A DNA stretch of 64,000 bases from the sequence record MG592671.1, one strand, 5' to 3'. A program made the translations under genes and the position numbers. The notes below the pieces were generated by a model. It did not search any database and was not told the origin of the DNA. It saw only the letters and a list, made by a program, of their open reading frames with translations. Below are positions 40,401 through 47,362 of this stretch, one piece after another; position 1 is the stretch's first letter, and each line of letters begins with the position of its first letter.

Positions 40401-42810
40401 TAGCATTAATAGAGTTATAAATCATAGTCTCTAGCGCTAAAAATATAATATCACGTCTATTAGCATTCTCAGAATCATCATTAGTATCTTGGTTAAAAGA
40501 CAGTGAGTATGCACCAGTGTGTGCAATATTGTAATATCTTGTATTTTTACCATCAAAACTCATACGAACTCTAATAGAAGGTTCGAATGTAGGCAACATT
40601 CCTAAGTATTGCGGTGTTGCTGGGATGTACGTGTTGTTTAATTCAGTTGTACTAGCCATACCTGAATATGCAAACGGCATATCAGTATTTTTACCAACAT
40701 TAATACGACTAATGATATCTCGTACTAGATTTTCAGCAGTATCTATTAGAACAGTTTCTCCAGAATTGTTCACTCTTGTTAGTTGACTAGCTCTATCCAT
40801 CATTTCTAACGTATTCTTGAACTTATTCTTAAAACGATTGTACTCGGTCTGAACATAAATTGCTGCGTCAACAAGATTGATATTCTCATCAACATTATGA
40901 ATCATTAATGGCAGTAACGAACCTTCATTTTGGATAATAAGACGACCTTTAGACATGTCCTGTGGCGTTTCCCAGAAGTTGTTAACTCCATTAGGATTGC
41001 CACTGAATCCTTCTTGGTGTTCAATGATATCCACAAAGTGGTTAAAGAACCCACTAATAGCAATTTCAGTTACTGGTTCATTTTTGGCATTACTAGCTAA
41101 ATTTAATGGAACCTCGTATGCTCCAATATTAGTATTTGGTGTCATGAAGCGGCTATATGTCTCAATAGAGAATAAATCTTCATCAAGAATAGTAAAATCG
41201 TCAACTAGAAGCTCAATTGTCGGAACATTGTTAACTGTGGAAACATTATAAAACTCAGGGTCCAATAGAAATCCACTTTGTTCAACTCTAACATCAAACG
41301 ATCCATCAACTTCGTCAGGAGACATTGCTAACTCATAGCTTGATTTATAAAATGGCTTCGCTGGATCAACCTCGCCGTTTGCATCAAGCTCATACTGAAC
41401 TTCAGGACGGAACGTTTGTTTAACATATTGTTTTGAGCTATTCTCAGCTAGTTCCCAGTCAGTTCGTAGAGTGTCAGACGCAGGCACATATGCATCGTTA
41501 ATTATACGGAAAAAACGAGTATTAGTTTGCTCAGTTAAAATTCCGTTATTTCTATAATAATACGAAGTGTTTGAAATTGTATTATTAAAGATAAATTGTT
41601 GGTATGAGTCTCTGCTCACACGAAGCCCTAACGTTGAATCATATGATGCAGTTGGACTAACTTGGTATTCAAACAAAGATGAACCGGCAAATGTTGACTC
41701 AGGATATACTACATCATCAGAAAGAGATGTAAAATTGTAATCATACAGATTGAATTGTGGATACTGATTTCTAGCTTCTTTATTTTGTGAAAGTGTCCAG
41801 TTACTAGCATCCCAATGCACTGTCTTTGTACCATATACAGTTCCTTGCAAAACGTAGAAACTATCACCAGTTACTGGTGCACCAGTAGGGTGTTCTGAGT
41901 CAGTGAAATCTGGATCCAATGTAAGAGAATATAGCTCTACTCCGTTAACAACATTAGTCACAACTCGATATACACGATTATTTTCGCCAGTATTAATGAT
42001 GTTTGTGAATAAAACTTTCATTCCGTTTCGTAGAAAAACACCATCAATAATGATATTATCTGATGTTGGTCGTAGCATGATATCTTCTGGTTCAATCGTA
42101 TCACACAAAATGTTTACGTCACCACGATACACTCTACCGTGATTAAGTAGCTCGATATTACGTGTATATTGAATTATAGGTCTTGATGCTGAAACAAATC
42201 TGCCAGACTCTAACTCTGCAGGTGTGATTATCAGATCACCATTTGCATCAGTCTCGTTGATATGGTACCAGTAATTGAAACGACTCCATGCGTTGCCATC
42301 AATTGCTCCTCGCTGAGAAACGATGTAATCTGTGTCATTCAAATTAGACACATTTTGAGTATCCCAGTAGTAGTTACTAAAGTTAATAATCATATCAGGG
42401 TTAATTGCAGGAGACCATGAGTAGTATCTAGCCGTTAGAAGTCTAGACTGATTCTCTTCCTCAGACCCATAGTGACCTAGGTTATCAATAAGATCTTGAT
42501 ATGTTAATTTAGATAGGATATTTTCTTGATCATCCATTGACACCATAGATGGAACTAATTGATAATACTCACGCTCTTTTGAGACTTCATTAATGAAGAC
42601 TTTATTGTATGCAGCTTGAGAACTTCTATCGCCTATGTAGCCATCTAGGCTCTTACGTTGTTCTGGGGTGAACCAGTACTGTATAGAATCATCAAAGAAC
42701 TGCTGGATTTGCTCAATATTCTGAGCCCATTGTGGCATTTTCTTAATAGCCAACTTTTTCTGGACTTCAGTAGCAACTGTTTTTGGGGAGAAATTATAAT
42801 TTTCTGCCAT
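31495..42810 (-). CDS. very large baseplate/virion structural protein (3771 aa; possible gp7-like wedge)
   Basis: uninterrupted ORF directly downstream of the gp6-like gene, own TATAAATA promoter, acidic beta-rich composition. Confidence 0.7.
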   Translation of the reverse strand: MAENYNFSPKTVATEVQKKLAIKKMPQWAQNIEQIQQFFDDSIQYWFTPEQRKSLDGYIGDRSSQAAYNKVFINEVSKEREYYQLVPSMVSMDDQENILSKLTYQDLIDNLGHYGSEEENQSRLLTARYYSWSPAINPDMIINFSNYYWDTQNVSNLNDTDYIVSQRGAIDGNAWSRFNYWYHINETDANGDLIITPAELESGRFVSASRPIIQYTRNIELLNHGRVYRGDVNILCDTIEPEDIMLRPTSDNIIIDGVFLRNGMKVLFTNIINTGENNRVYRVVTNVVNGVELYSLTLDPDFTDSEHPTGAPVTGDSFYVLQGTVYGTKTVHWDASNWTLSQNKEARNQYPQFNLYDYNFTSLSDDVVYPESTFAGSSLFEYQVSPTASYDSTLGLRVSRDSYQQFIFNNTISNTSYYYRNNGILTEQTNTRFFRIINDAYVPASDTLRTDWELAENSSKQYVKQTFRPEVQYELDANGEVDPAKPFYKSSYELAMSPDEVDGSFDVRVEQSGFLLDPEFYNVSTVNNVPTIELLVDDFTILDEDLFSIETYSRFMTPNTNIGAYEVPLNLASNAKNEPVTEIAISGFFNHFVDIIEHQEGFSGNPNGVNNFWETPQDMSKGRLIIQNEGSLLPLMIHNVDENINLVDAAIYVQTEYNRFKNKFKNTLEMMDRASQLTRVNNSGETVLIDTAENLVRDIISRINVGKNTDMPFAYSGMASTTELNNTYIPATPQYLGMLPTFEPSIRVRMSFDGKNTRYYNIAHTGAYSLSFNQDTNDDSENANRRDIIFLALETMIYNSINANFTNSAYIPRLSEFDVKPSANRLTDYSPYVSSMGDQVNEWDNFANIGFANWAANNHVTLGSPSVTEDWRSWNWSTTNYTFYKGRNGETLKARGNWRGIYLDHFDTVNPNTRPWEMLGFTQKPAWWDNEYTSETINGITFYSDDNLWGPQGDLVTGTVRLGDRAGVDTRFARSYLVMPFNETTGELLSPADDKLKLVDAAPETDLDKGLPWKFSDVSPNEYSYMNSNLASFDTALSVYRARPAEWSNYFWNSVEFTTFNFDGDIQWMKRDGSDRIILDSNELVHGEANNEVVGYQQWVSDNLRKDHKNVTTYYGDVVRSVDVRLAYRLGGFGKLENLTFVSDSFGLVSQENQHLTLNKSSVRRQETLSGVSITWDGSGYIVNGYDSLTSQFNYLTPVKTGKKSSFTSNNKSFIKYLTWNSDSSILKYNTRLKSRQDVVDFLIGYGMYLEAQGWIFEDIQTNGSVFNWETISNDFLDWSFTAPIIGDLISLSPAAKTAKFGSVFGAIDSVTQYSGGTWALLDDNSDGIYPYEIDTTRIGNVMTVRVDQDSDKRMMLLRLNIREFEHTIIFDNKTIFNDIMYSTQYGLYQDKLRVVGVITDGWNGRLEAPGFMVTDDNTLPGFEKLVDDFRHYYDNEDPTSSVQLNNLARHMIGFQTRDYLSELILNPKNQVNFYKGFVKEKGTFQSFDKILRTSKTLSTNNYRTLEEWAIKVGDYGKLGGNQKLQFIVREDELKQNPQIIAFNSADTYESDKDDTITYYGTRGLDDRWITRSSDNQEFPMVSNEYFTVDMPSAGPVTLNDADFITEDLTVISERRKAWESNNSSEAQSAWVLKDNFNNWELYSIDRFLDIQLIGIESIQLSETDTTQVASKLIFSHDHNLRSGQLFYVQGDTTPVTLTNERFFTQIEDTYDGEKWNPTVEYNEIDPNTSAATIIKHQNRTYQAKISDPAGIIPVGEEPGTDTGSEFWEDIVVTREITVNAVLTPTTFSTDSPTLVSYRVDYGSYGERNTFIEDRTVPVVNTKAFNRPVIYNQSTNKTETYLNVWDPLRGIVPGVASSEVSYTMQTDPALYNSNDSTSAAWGKDHVGKVWWDTSAALYLDYTQPVRNNDNSENEILTRKYRRENWGKLLPGSEIILKEWVRSPVQPGEWDNYVASQAPLDKDAGGYVPSGTADVNNWSAFSEYDTSTGVTKTYYYFWVQDAIYVPRVNGRTKPISELERIIEDPTAEGLPWFAPIGNNEFICSGFQDIITNNESVLQITYSENPDLEINDHKEWELFQERDDYNFNETLWARLLSSLVGQEIIGGITYPLVYPQSELGTMERETWFVDMLSARRELIDSANGYYKTQNITNNGTLMNNVFNYADTPRLINSVDFNVVDVDGNLVLDVDTPEVYVENQSVLLSSTGDLPSPLETTLTYFVHVRDDGYYQLKTIPTQDSQGTIIINDQGTGVHSLVKSEDINKVTSDYLVMADFWDLDDWYAEGFSDITPFIDITNFDQIPDTDAGENVYRIFDNVNLWTLYRRNFTRDVPYLETVGRQNGTVQLNDKLIEEHEMYNDDGTVTDAEQVIIDAIRLLAETFDGAQSKIVFDMLYYVHQEQPVLDWVFKTSYIYVFGIEQVLSDRYTVNLDQVDYVIEYFKEAKPYRTKIRSAVEQKTSDTDTIIGDLIEGDPSPIDQSLYENAIDEKADGEYTGTQARLRFRQQMMQMYFDRIGCEITADASRAEDYAEAFKKYSATSSVMLTENAEIIEDGNPFNISDESLVKPSTTDLNSFYTTMFEFLRVEINKVSSVNINETVWSNELPNFTTVSSSVTYIVDHKFVNVCVDTWEVEREIAEKILAISYQELSDLVQYFSQANRFYLDDTSLTQEQIDGIMDCEFQGTTVNGTPQTRLPLGYSGNSDDDEIGYISYGTALYDHMLSQGVSPEKLEEYGFLNVNDGKTFIADSLNDKSYNPLNPLINDSGELLSVVDYTSTTSTTEQYFDDQNAYGNAGYEENIISYDTVSSHNQYMFDISDMRDYHSANATKFVTFSGLPAPALPGVVDFGKDDGSLLSPYVYVNDIANADGILAPSRGLWLYDNTLGDVPWNYVYVGSTNYPDVTLTQTQTSWIRYRNRSFNAEDFYTTFNVYFESIDRNGDGISDYSVIDYGYYCEFTGFEFSESEVYGTDSYVSYKDNDLSISRVYRNDSIESVGPGEFDPNDWTLIPIWNNITQYVVGSVVDVDGIAYRCITDHVTSEGFNQLYWETVLSSSEVPADDISKFNFDFGTSYGDPQTDFGTLEVQGFIMNHPHRQDEVIVSVPDNIKEIAESWADHNVVNPDHFIHRFKVRDTNTENIIVDSESNLEVGDTVILTSADPDRDPWDVNEGYARPLCNDPDEVYTVSFRDNEVVNLIDSSGMPVQFVENPDFPYTIYTDIDGNMFLDANFTMVKINPAPLGSTVSITNMNYDSFYGRYLTPNKGFSAVSSNGTFITVADHGFNDLDTVKFNTYKIGADLGGIDITSQYYVRVRSSDTFEVFSTISDAVSNTNVILPGSDIDICTVTKVGYWYVGTVTAEQVNRASIPDETSLYDDVEYQEISLGFARPGISSGSTEELVQLQMSEQISITVFQDDRVYSIGNPNVDNVYSSGAELGKTFVFRLDKGSDEVSWNIRNIQNANSGRLNEKMWYNDSSFSTPGVIETGSDNVYDVGTEYIKVYGGVTPSIPHELFDVVLEGTGGVPEYINYTVGFTGNASNQADPTFEDIPILYDIEFTTFSIDGVQLVEGVGEDYIVQGTNLMRLYKRIGSSGVIDCQYREQSEIVSIPFPIEDSTLTVNGETLVPGVNYSTIDSNTIKLLELYEPNTVLYGEYVNSNTVYMFDNIRRGEHGSAEGGLYKEAKVIDKDGNLIPLDLSYHNSGVPVIGLFDIFDENLTVSFDTDDSEFEYSTVCLYDMQYLPYDAIPGDYAWTFVSIQESRESFARTLKEELGSAGTNIHKMP

Positions 42811-42849
42811 TTTTGAGTCTCCAATGGTTATATTCTTTTAATATGTAGT

Positions 42850-42857
42850 TATTTATA
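42850..42857 (-). promoter_or_regulatory. late promoter TATAAATA
   Basis: exact T4 late consensus 40 bp upstream of the ATG at 42810. Confidence 0.75.
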
Positions 42858-42870
42858 TTAGTTACCGATA

Positions 42871-42898
42871 AAAAGAAACCCTGCATATGCAGGGTTTT
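42871..42898 (-). terminator. intrinsic terminator
   Basis: aaaccctgca-ta-tgcagggttt with a U-rich tail after the gp6-like stop. Confidence 0.75.
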
Positions 42899-42901
42899 GT
42901 G

Positions 42902-45900
42902 TTAGAATCCAATTCTAATATTGTTTACTGTTAGTGCATCGATTATATTAACCTCATTAACACTAGCTGTGTTCACAAATACTTGATCTGGCTCTGCGCT
43001 AATCTCAAATAAAGTGCCAAACTTTGAAGAGCTATTAGACGGAACGATAACTACTGATGCTATATCAGTAACCATTTTTTGATGTATATATGCTGCTAGT
43101 TCCGTAAAGAAAAAGCTTTCGCCGAAATCCCAGTTATCAACATCAAAAAAGGTGTTAGTTAGCGATATAACTTGTTGACGAATTTCGTCATCGCTAATTG
43201 AAGATCCTTGAGCTCGCACTACGCTAAATGTTGCTTGGTAATCTTCCTCAGCACCAGCACCGAATAACGGAATATACCTTGCACTATGCCAAATAACAGT
43301 GTCACTTATAGCCTTAATATCCTCAACCTCAGTAAATGTCTCTCTTAATTCAGTAGATGTTGGAGGCGCTGGTATTGCTATTGTAGTATCGCCGGCCGCC
43401 CATGCAACAACTTGATCATTGTATGCTGTTGTTAACACATAAATGTCATGAATGTTGGTTATAGCTGGATCTATTCTGTGATTACTTGGAGCAAAATGTT
43501 TCCATAAAAAATGGAGACTTATGCGTCCTTCATGATGTAGAATATTATCAACCTCTGTCATATTATACGCGTCTAAAGAAGCTATATCATTATATATGGT
43601 ATTCATAATATCAATAGTTACAAGAGCATTTGTTTCATCAATTGATGATGTGATTTTATAATATTTGTAGTCTACTTCATTATCAGGAATAAATGCAAAT
43701 ATAGTTCCCTCGGACCCGTATACTAATTGTCGCTTGCCGTAAGTTTCAGTAGGTTCGGTGTAGTTAGAAAGAATAAAGAACTCTACTAATGAATCGTATG
43801 TAATACGTTCTGTCTCATCACGTCTAACTAGCGTGAGATCCATGTACGATTCAGTATTATCATCGTTTCTACGCCAAAACACATCCTCAGATGCACCTCC
43901 TCCTAAAATACTTTCCATTAAGCTAGGATTTAGTGGATTATTAAACAAATCTAATGTAGGTGCAACTTTAACTCTAGTGTAATCAGTATAACCATCAATC
44001 TGATACACATTCGCAGCTATATCTAAATCAGAATCCGAGTTGTACCCTAAACCTGAGTTGAATGGATCATGATTGGAGCGAAGGATTTTTATAAGATCAC
44101 TTTGTGCTAAACCAGTGTTAATATCTGGAACATCTTCTAATTTAGTAAAGTAAAAACCAATATTATCACCGTAAAATATGTAATCTATACCTGGTGATAT
44201 AAAATCCCATGTTTTTGATGTATAATTGCATAAAACTACTGGATCATATATACTCGGCTCTGAACCATAAATTTTAGCCCAATTCGCAGGGTTAAAAGTT
44301 ACACTAGTAAAATCAGCAATAGCGATGTACAACGTTGTGCCATAACGAATCATGTCGTTTGTTTCATAGGATGTATTTTCTTCCCATAATCTAATATTTG
44401 GGTTTTGTGTAGGAACAAAAGCGTTTTCCCAATTTGACTCATTGAATATTAAGCCACTAGTGAACTCAGTAATACACTCATATACAGTTCCATCAACAAC
44501 TACCTTTTGTCCTTGAGTATATGTAGTTAATGGCTCCCAATTACGAATAACATTAGATCCAACAAATACCCATTTAGAAAAATCAAATGTAGTATCTCCT
44601 GCATGAGCTTGGTCACATCTCCAAAGATCAGTTCCGTATATTACGAAATCCCCTTCAGTATATGGATTAGTGGTGCTCCAGTTATCGATAACTAATGGCA
44701 GATCTTCCCATGTGTTGGATGTCCAAGTTGCTATTTGTGATGCAGTGACTGGGATTGTGTTCCAAGTGCTACTTTCTAAATCGTAAGTTAGACCAAAGTT
44801 TTCACTTTGTTCAAGCTTAGTGATAATTCTAGCAATCTCAGTAGAATTAAAAATACTTCGTAAATCTGGAAAATACTGAATTAACTGCCAATTAGCACTG
44901 CTTACTGCGGTACTTAAAGAATATTCACCAGTAGCTGAATCATAGCTGTTGATGCTACTCCAAACTCGTTGTGTTGAATCGTTTGTGTTTTCAAAAAGAA
45001 TAACAGCTCCTGGTCCGATGACAGGAGTAAAATCAGTCACAACCGGTGAAAATTTACCATATAATCCATACGGAGTCTTTCCTGGAGTTGGCTCCCACAA
45101 TACTGATTCACTAACCTGTACTAAGTTTTTTCTGTTTAACTCAGTTGTGTTATTATTCCAATAAATTCCATCATCGCCAGTTTCTTGATAAAGAGTTTTA
45201 GTGCTAAATTCTGATATGATAGGTTGGATTTTATTAATAATCACACTTTCCCATGAATTTAATGTAGGTAATATCTCATTAGTTTGCTGTATGGCATGAT
45301 CATTGTACAATACACCATACTCAGAGAAGACATCCACATTTTGATATTTCCCTGTAGGATCATTTATGTCGATAAAACGAGAATGACCGCTATATGTTCG
45401 GTTAACTGCTTTGGATTTTAACACGAGATTGCCTTGTTGCAATGGCCCAATGTTGTAGTCTTCACCAGTAATTAACCTATTTTGCGTATAGTAGTTTTGT
45501 GGAGCTCTAACTCGAATTTGATCAATAGTTTCTTGCGCTTGGGCATTTTGAACTTGATATTGCAAACTAAACTGCATATCTAGACTTTTTTGAGCGTTTG
45601 GCTCACTGGCAACTGTATACGAGTAACTAACGCTGTTATTTTGAATATCATTAGTCCTAATAGTATAGCTCAGTCCATTTGATGTTCTATACCATATACG
45701 GAATGTTCCGCGTGGAACAGTGCCACTTAGTGAATCAGGGAACCTTATTGATATCTTGTCACTATCATTAGTTATAACTGAAAATATCTTAGTAACTTGT
45801 TTATCAATACTATTATACGTGATATTCTGTGTACTTGGGACTTTATTCCAATGATCAGTTACTACCCCATCACTAGCAATTTCTTGTACCCAAACATCAA

Positions 45901-46765
45901 TTTCATTGATGTTTGCAACATCAATATCTACCGTTCTATTCTCTATTTCTAAATCAAACTCGAAATCATCAAACTTCAACGCACCTTGTTTGAACATTAA
46001 AAAGAATCCAGTATCAGGAGATGAAAAGCCATTTCCATCAGAGCGATAAATCATAAATTTGGAATTTTGCGGTTCTGGGCTACGCTCAACGAAAGCTCCT
46101 GTTGAATCAATGTCAGGGTTTACCACTTCAAAGTTCATACTTTGCCCGTTGACATTTGCTGAGAATTTCTCTGTAATATTACTAAATGCAACAGTGTTCA
46201 TCTGATACATGTGCGATGTGATTGAGCCATCTGAGAATCTCTTAACTGGATTACCGAAAGGATTAGTGTCGATAAAACAACTATTCATTACTAGAATGAA
46301 TTGCTCATACCAATCTGGATTAAGAGGATCATTCCACCTAATCGGAACTCCTGATAAAGAATTGCCATTAGAATCCCTAACATCGTATGTTGTTTGTATT
46401 TGGTTTAGTTTAACTAATCCCCTGGATGGATAATTCCTACGAGGGTTATACGAAAGCATACTTGCCAAACGCAGTACAGACTCTCGTCGAGAAGCAGTGT
46501 CGATAAAGTTCTCTCTAGTGTTTAAGTCCATACGGAATGCTAAATTTTGTCCTAAGTAGCTTATTGTATCTAAGATAAAGATAAACTCGTCATTCTCTAT
46601 CCAGTCATTAAATGTATCAGGATACGTCACACGAAGATGATTGACCATACTCTCACGTATAGTATCATAGTCGTAGCTTTGCAAATCGATCTGCCTAAAT
46701 GCCTGATAGACAACAGTCCAGTCCTCAGCAGCGAACAAATTAGATTGGCGATTTTGAATTGCCAT
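42902..46765 (-). CDS. gp6: baseplate wedge subunit (T4 gp6-like)
   Basis: SYDYDTIRESM..YPDTFNDWIEN..ENFIDTASRRESVLRLASMLSYNP..ETIDQIRVRAP...QNRLITGEDY. Confidence 0.85.
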   Translation of the reverse strand: MAIQNRQSNLFAAEDWTVVYQAFRQIDLQSYDYDTIRESMVNHLRVTYPDTFNDWIENDEFIFILDTISYLGQNLAFRMDLNTRENFIDTASRRESVLRLASMLSYNPRRNYPSRGLVKLNQIQTTYDVRDSNGNSLSGVPIRWNDPLNPDWYEQFILVMNSCFIDTNPFGNPVKRFSDGSITSHMYQMNTVAFSNITEKFSANVNGQSMNFEVVNPDIDSTGAFVERSPEPQNSKFMIYRSDGNGFSSPDTGFFLMFKQGALKFDDFEFDLEIENRTVDIDVANINEIDVWVQEIASDGVVTDHWNKVPSTQNITYNSIDKQVTKIFSVITNDSDKISIRFPDSLSGTVPRGTFRIWYRTSNGLSYTIRTNDIQNNSVSYSYTVASEPNAQKSLDMQFSLQYQVQNAQAQETIDQIRVRAPQNYYTQNRLITGEDYNIGPLQQGNLVLKSKAVNRTYSGHSRFIDINDPTGKYQNVDVFSEYGVLYNDHAIQQTNEILPTLNSWESVIINKIQPIISEFSTKTLYQETGDDGIYWNNNTTELNRKNLVQVSESVLWEPTPGKTPYGLYGKFSPVVTDFTPVIGPGAVILFENTNDSTQRVWSSINSYDSATGEYSLSTAVSSANWQLIQYFPDLRSIFNSTEIARIITKLEQSENFGLTYDLESSTWNTIPVTASQIATWTSNTWEDLPLVIDNWSTTNPYTEGDFVIYGTDLWRCDQAHAGDTTFDFSKWVFVGSNVIRNWEPLTTYTQGQKVVVDGTVYECITEFTSGLIFNESNWENAFVPTQNPNIRLWEENTSYETNDMIRYGTTLYIAIADFTSVTFNPANWAKIYGSEPSIYDPVVLCNYTSKTWDFISPGIDYIFYGDNIGFYFTKLEDVPDINTGLAQSDLIKILRSNHDPFNSGLGYNSDSDLDIAANVYQIDGYTDYTRVKVAPTLDLFNNPLNPSLMESILGGGASEDVFWRRNDDNTESYMDLTLVRRDETERITYDSLVEFFILSNYTEPTETYGKRQLVYGSEGTIFAFIPDNEVDYKYYKITSSIDETNALVTIDIMNTIYNDIASLDAYNMTEVDNILHHEGRISLHFLWKHFAPSNHRIDPAITNIHDIYVLTTAYNDQVVAWAAGDTTIAIPAPPTSTELRETFTEVEDIKAISDTVIWHSARYIPLFGAGAEEDYQATFSVVRAQGSSISDDEIRQQVISLTNTFFDVDNWDFGESFFFTELAAYIHQKMVTDIASVVIVPSNSSSKFGTLFEISAEPDQVFVNTASVNEVNIIDALTVNNIRIGF

Positions 46766-46784
46766 TATATCTCCTTATAATATC

Positions 46785-46950
46785 AGTCTAGTAAAATAGG
46801 ACAGTAACCTAGCAACGACTGTATTTTTATTGATTTTATGATGCTTTTGCAACATCGATTTGTTAAATCAAACTCATTATGGTTGAATTGTAGATGCCTT
46901 TACTCTTATAGTAAAGGGTCTGTGTTGATACCAACCATAGTAAACTCATA
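46785..46950 (-). pseudogene. decayed homing-endonuclease DNA-binding (HTH/NUMOD1-like) remnant
   Basis: fragments KGIYNS / IDVAK / KHHKINKNTVVARL in shifting frames. Confidence 0.3.
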
Positions 46951-46979
46951 TTATATATTTAGTCGTGTATACATGCATG

Positions 46980-47351
46980 TTATGATTGCATATCAATCAT
47001 ATTTTGATTGAATGAAATGTACAGTTCATCAACAGTATCTAAAACGAGGAAATTTAGCCGAACAACAATATTATATCCATTTGGAACTAGCTCAATAGTT
47101 ATACTAACTTCCTCCACTCTAGGATCCGTTTGGATTATTCGCCTTGTATCAGTTTCTAATAAACTTTGAGTATTAGGACGCTCTAATTCAAACAGCAAAT
47201 CCCATCCAATAAACCCGTAATCTTGATTCATTGCTTTCTCACCTTTACGAGTGTAAAAGTGATTTAGTAAATCTCGTTTAACAAGATCAACGTCTTGCAA
47301 CGTTACAGTGTTTCCTATTGCAGGTGATGCAAATCCTCTGAAAACCGCCAT
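46980..47351 (-). CDS. gp25: baseplate wedge subunit (gp25-like)
   Basis: LVKRDLLNHFYTRKGEKAMNQDYG..IWDLLFE..IIQTDPRV. Confidence 0.85.
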   Translation of the reverse strand: MAVFRGFASPAIGNTVTLQDVDLVKRDLLNHFYTRKGEKAMNQDYGFIGWDLLFELERPNTQSLLETDTRRIIQTDPRVEEVSITIELVPNGYNIVVRLNFLVLDTVDELYISFNQNMIDMQS

Positions 47352-47362
47352 ATAAAATCTCC

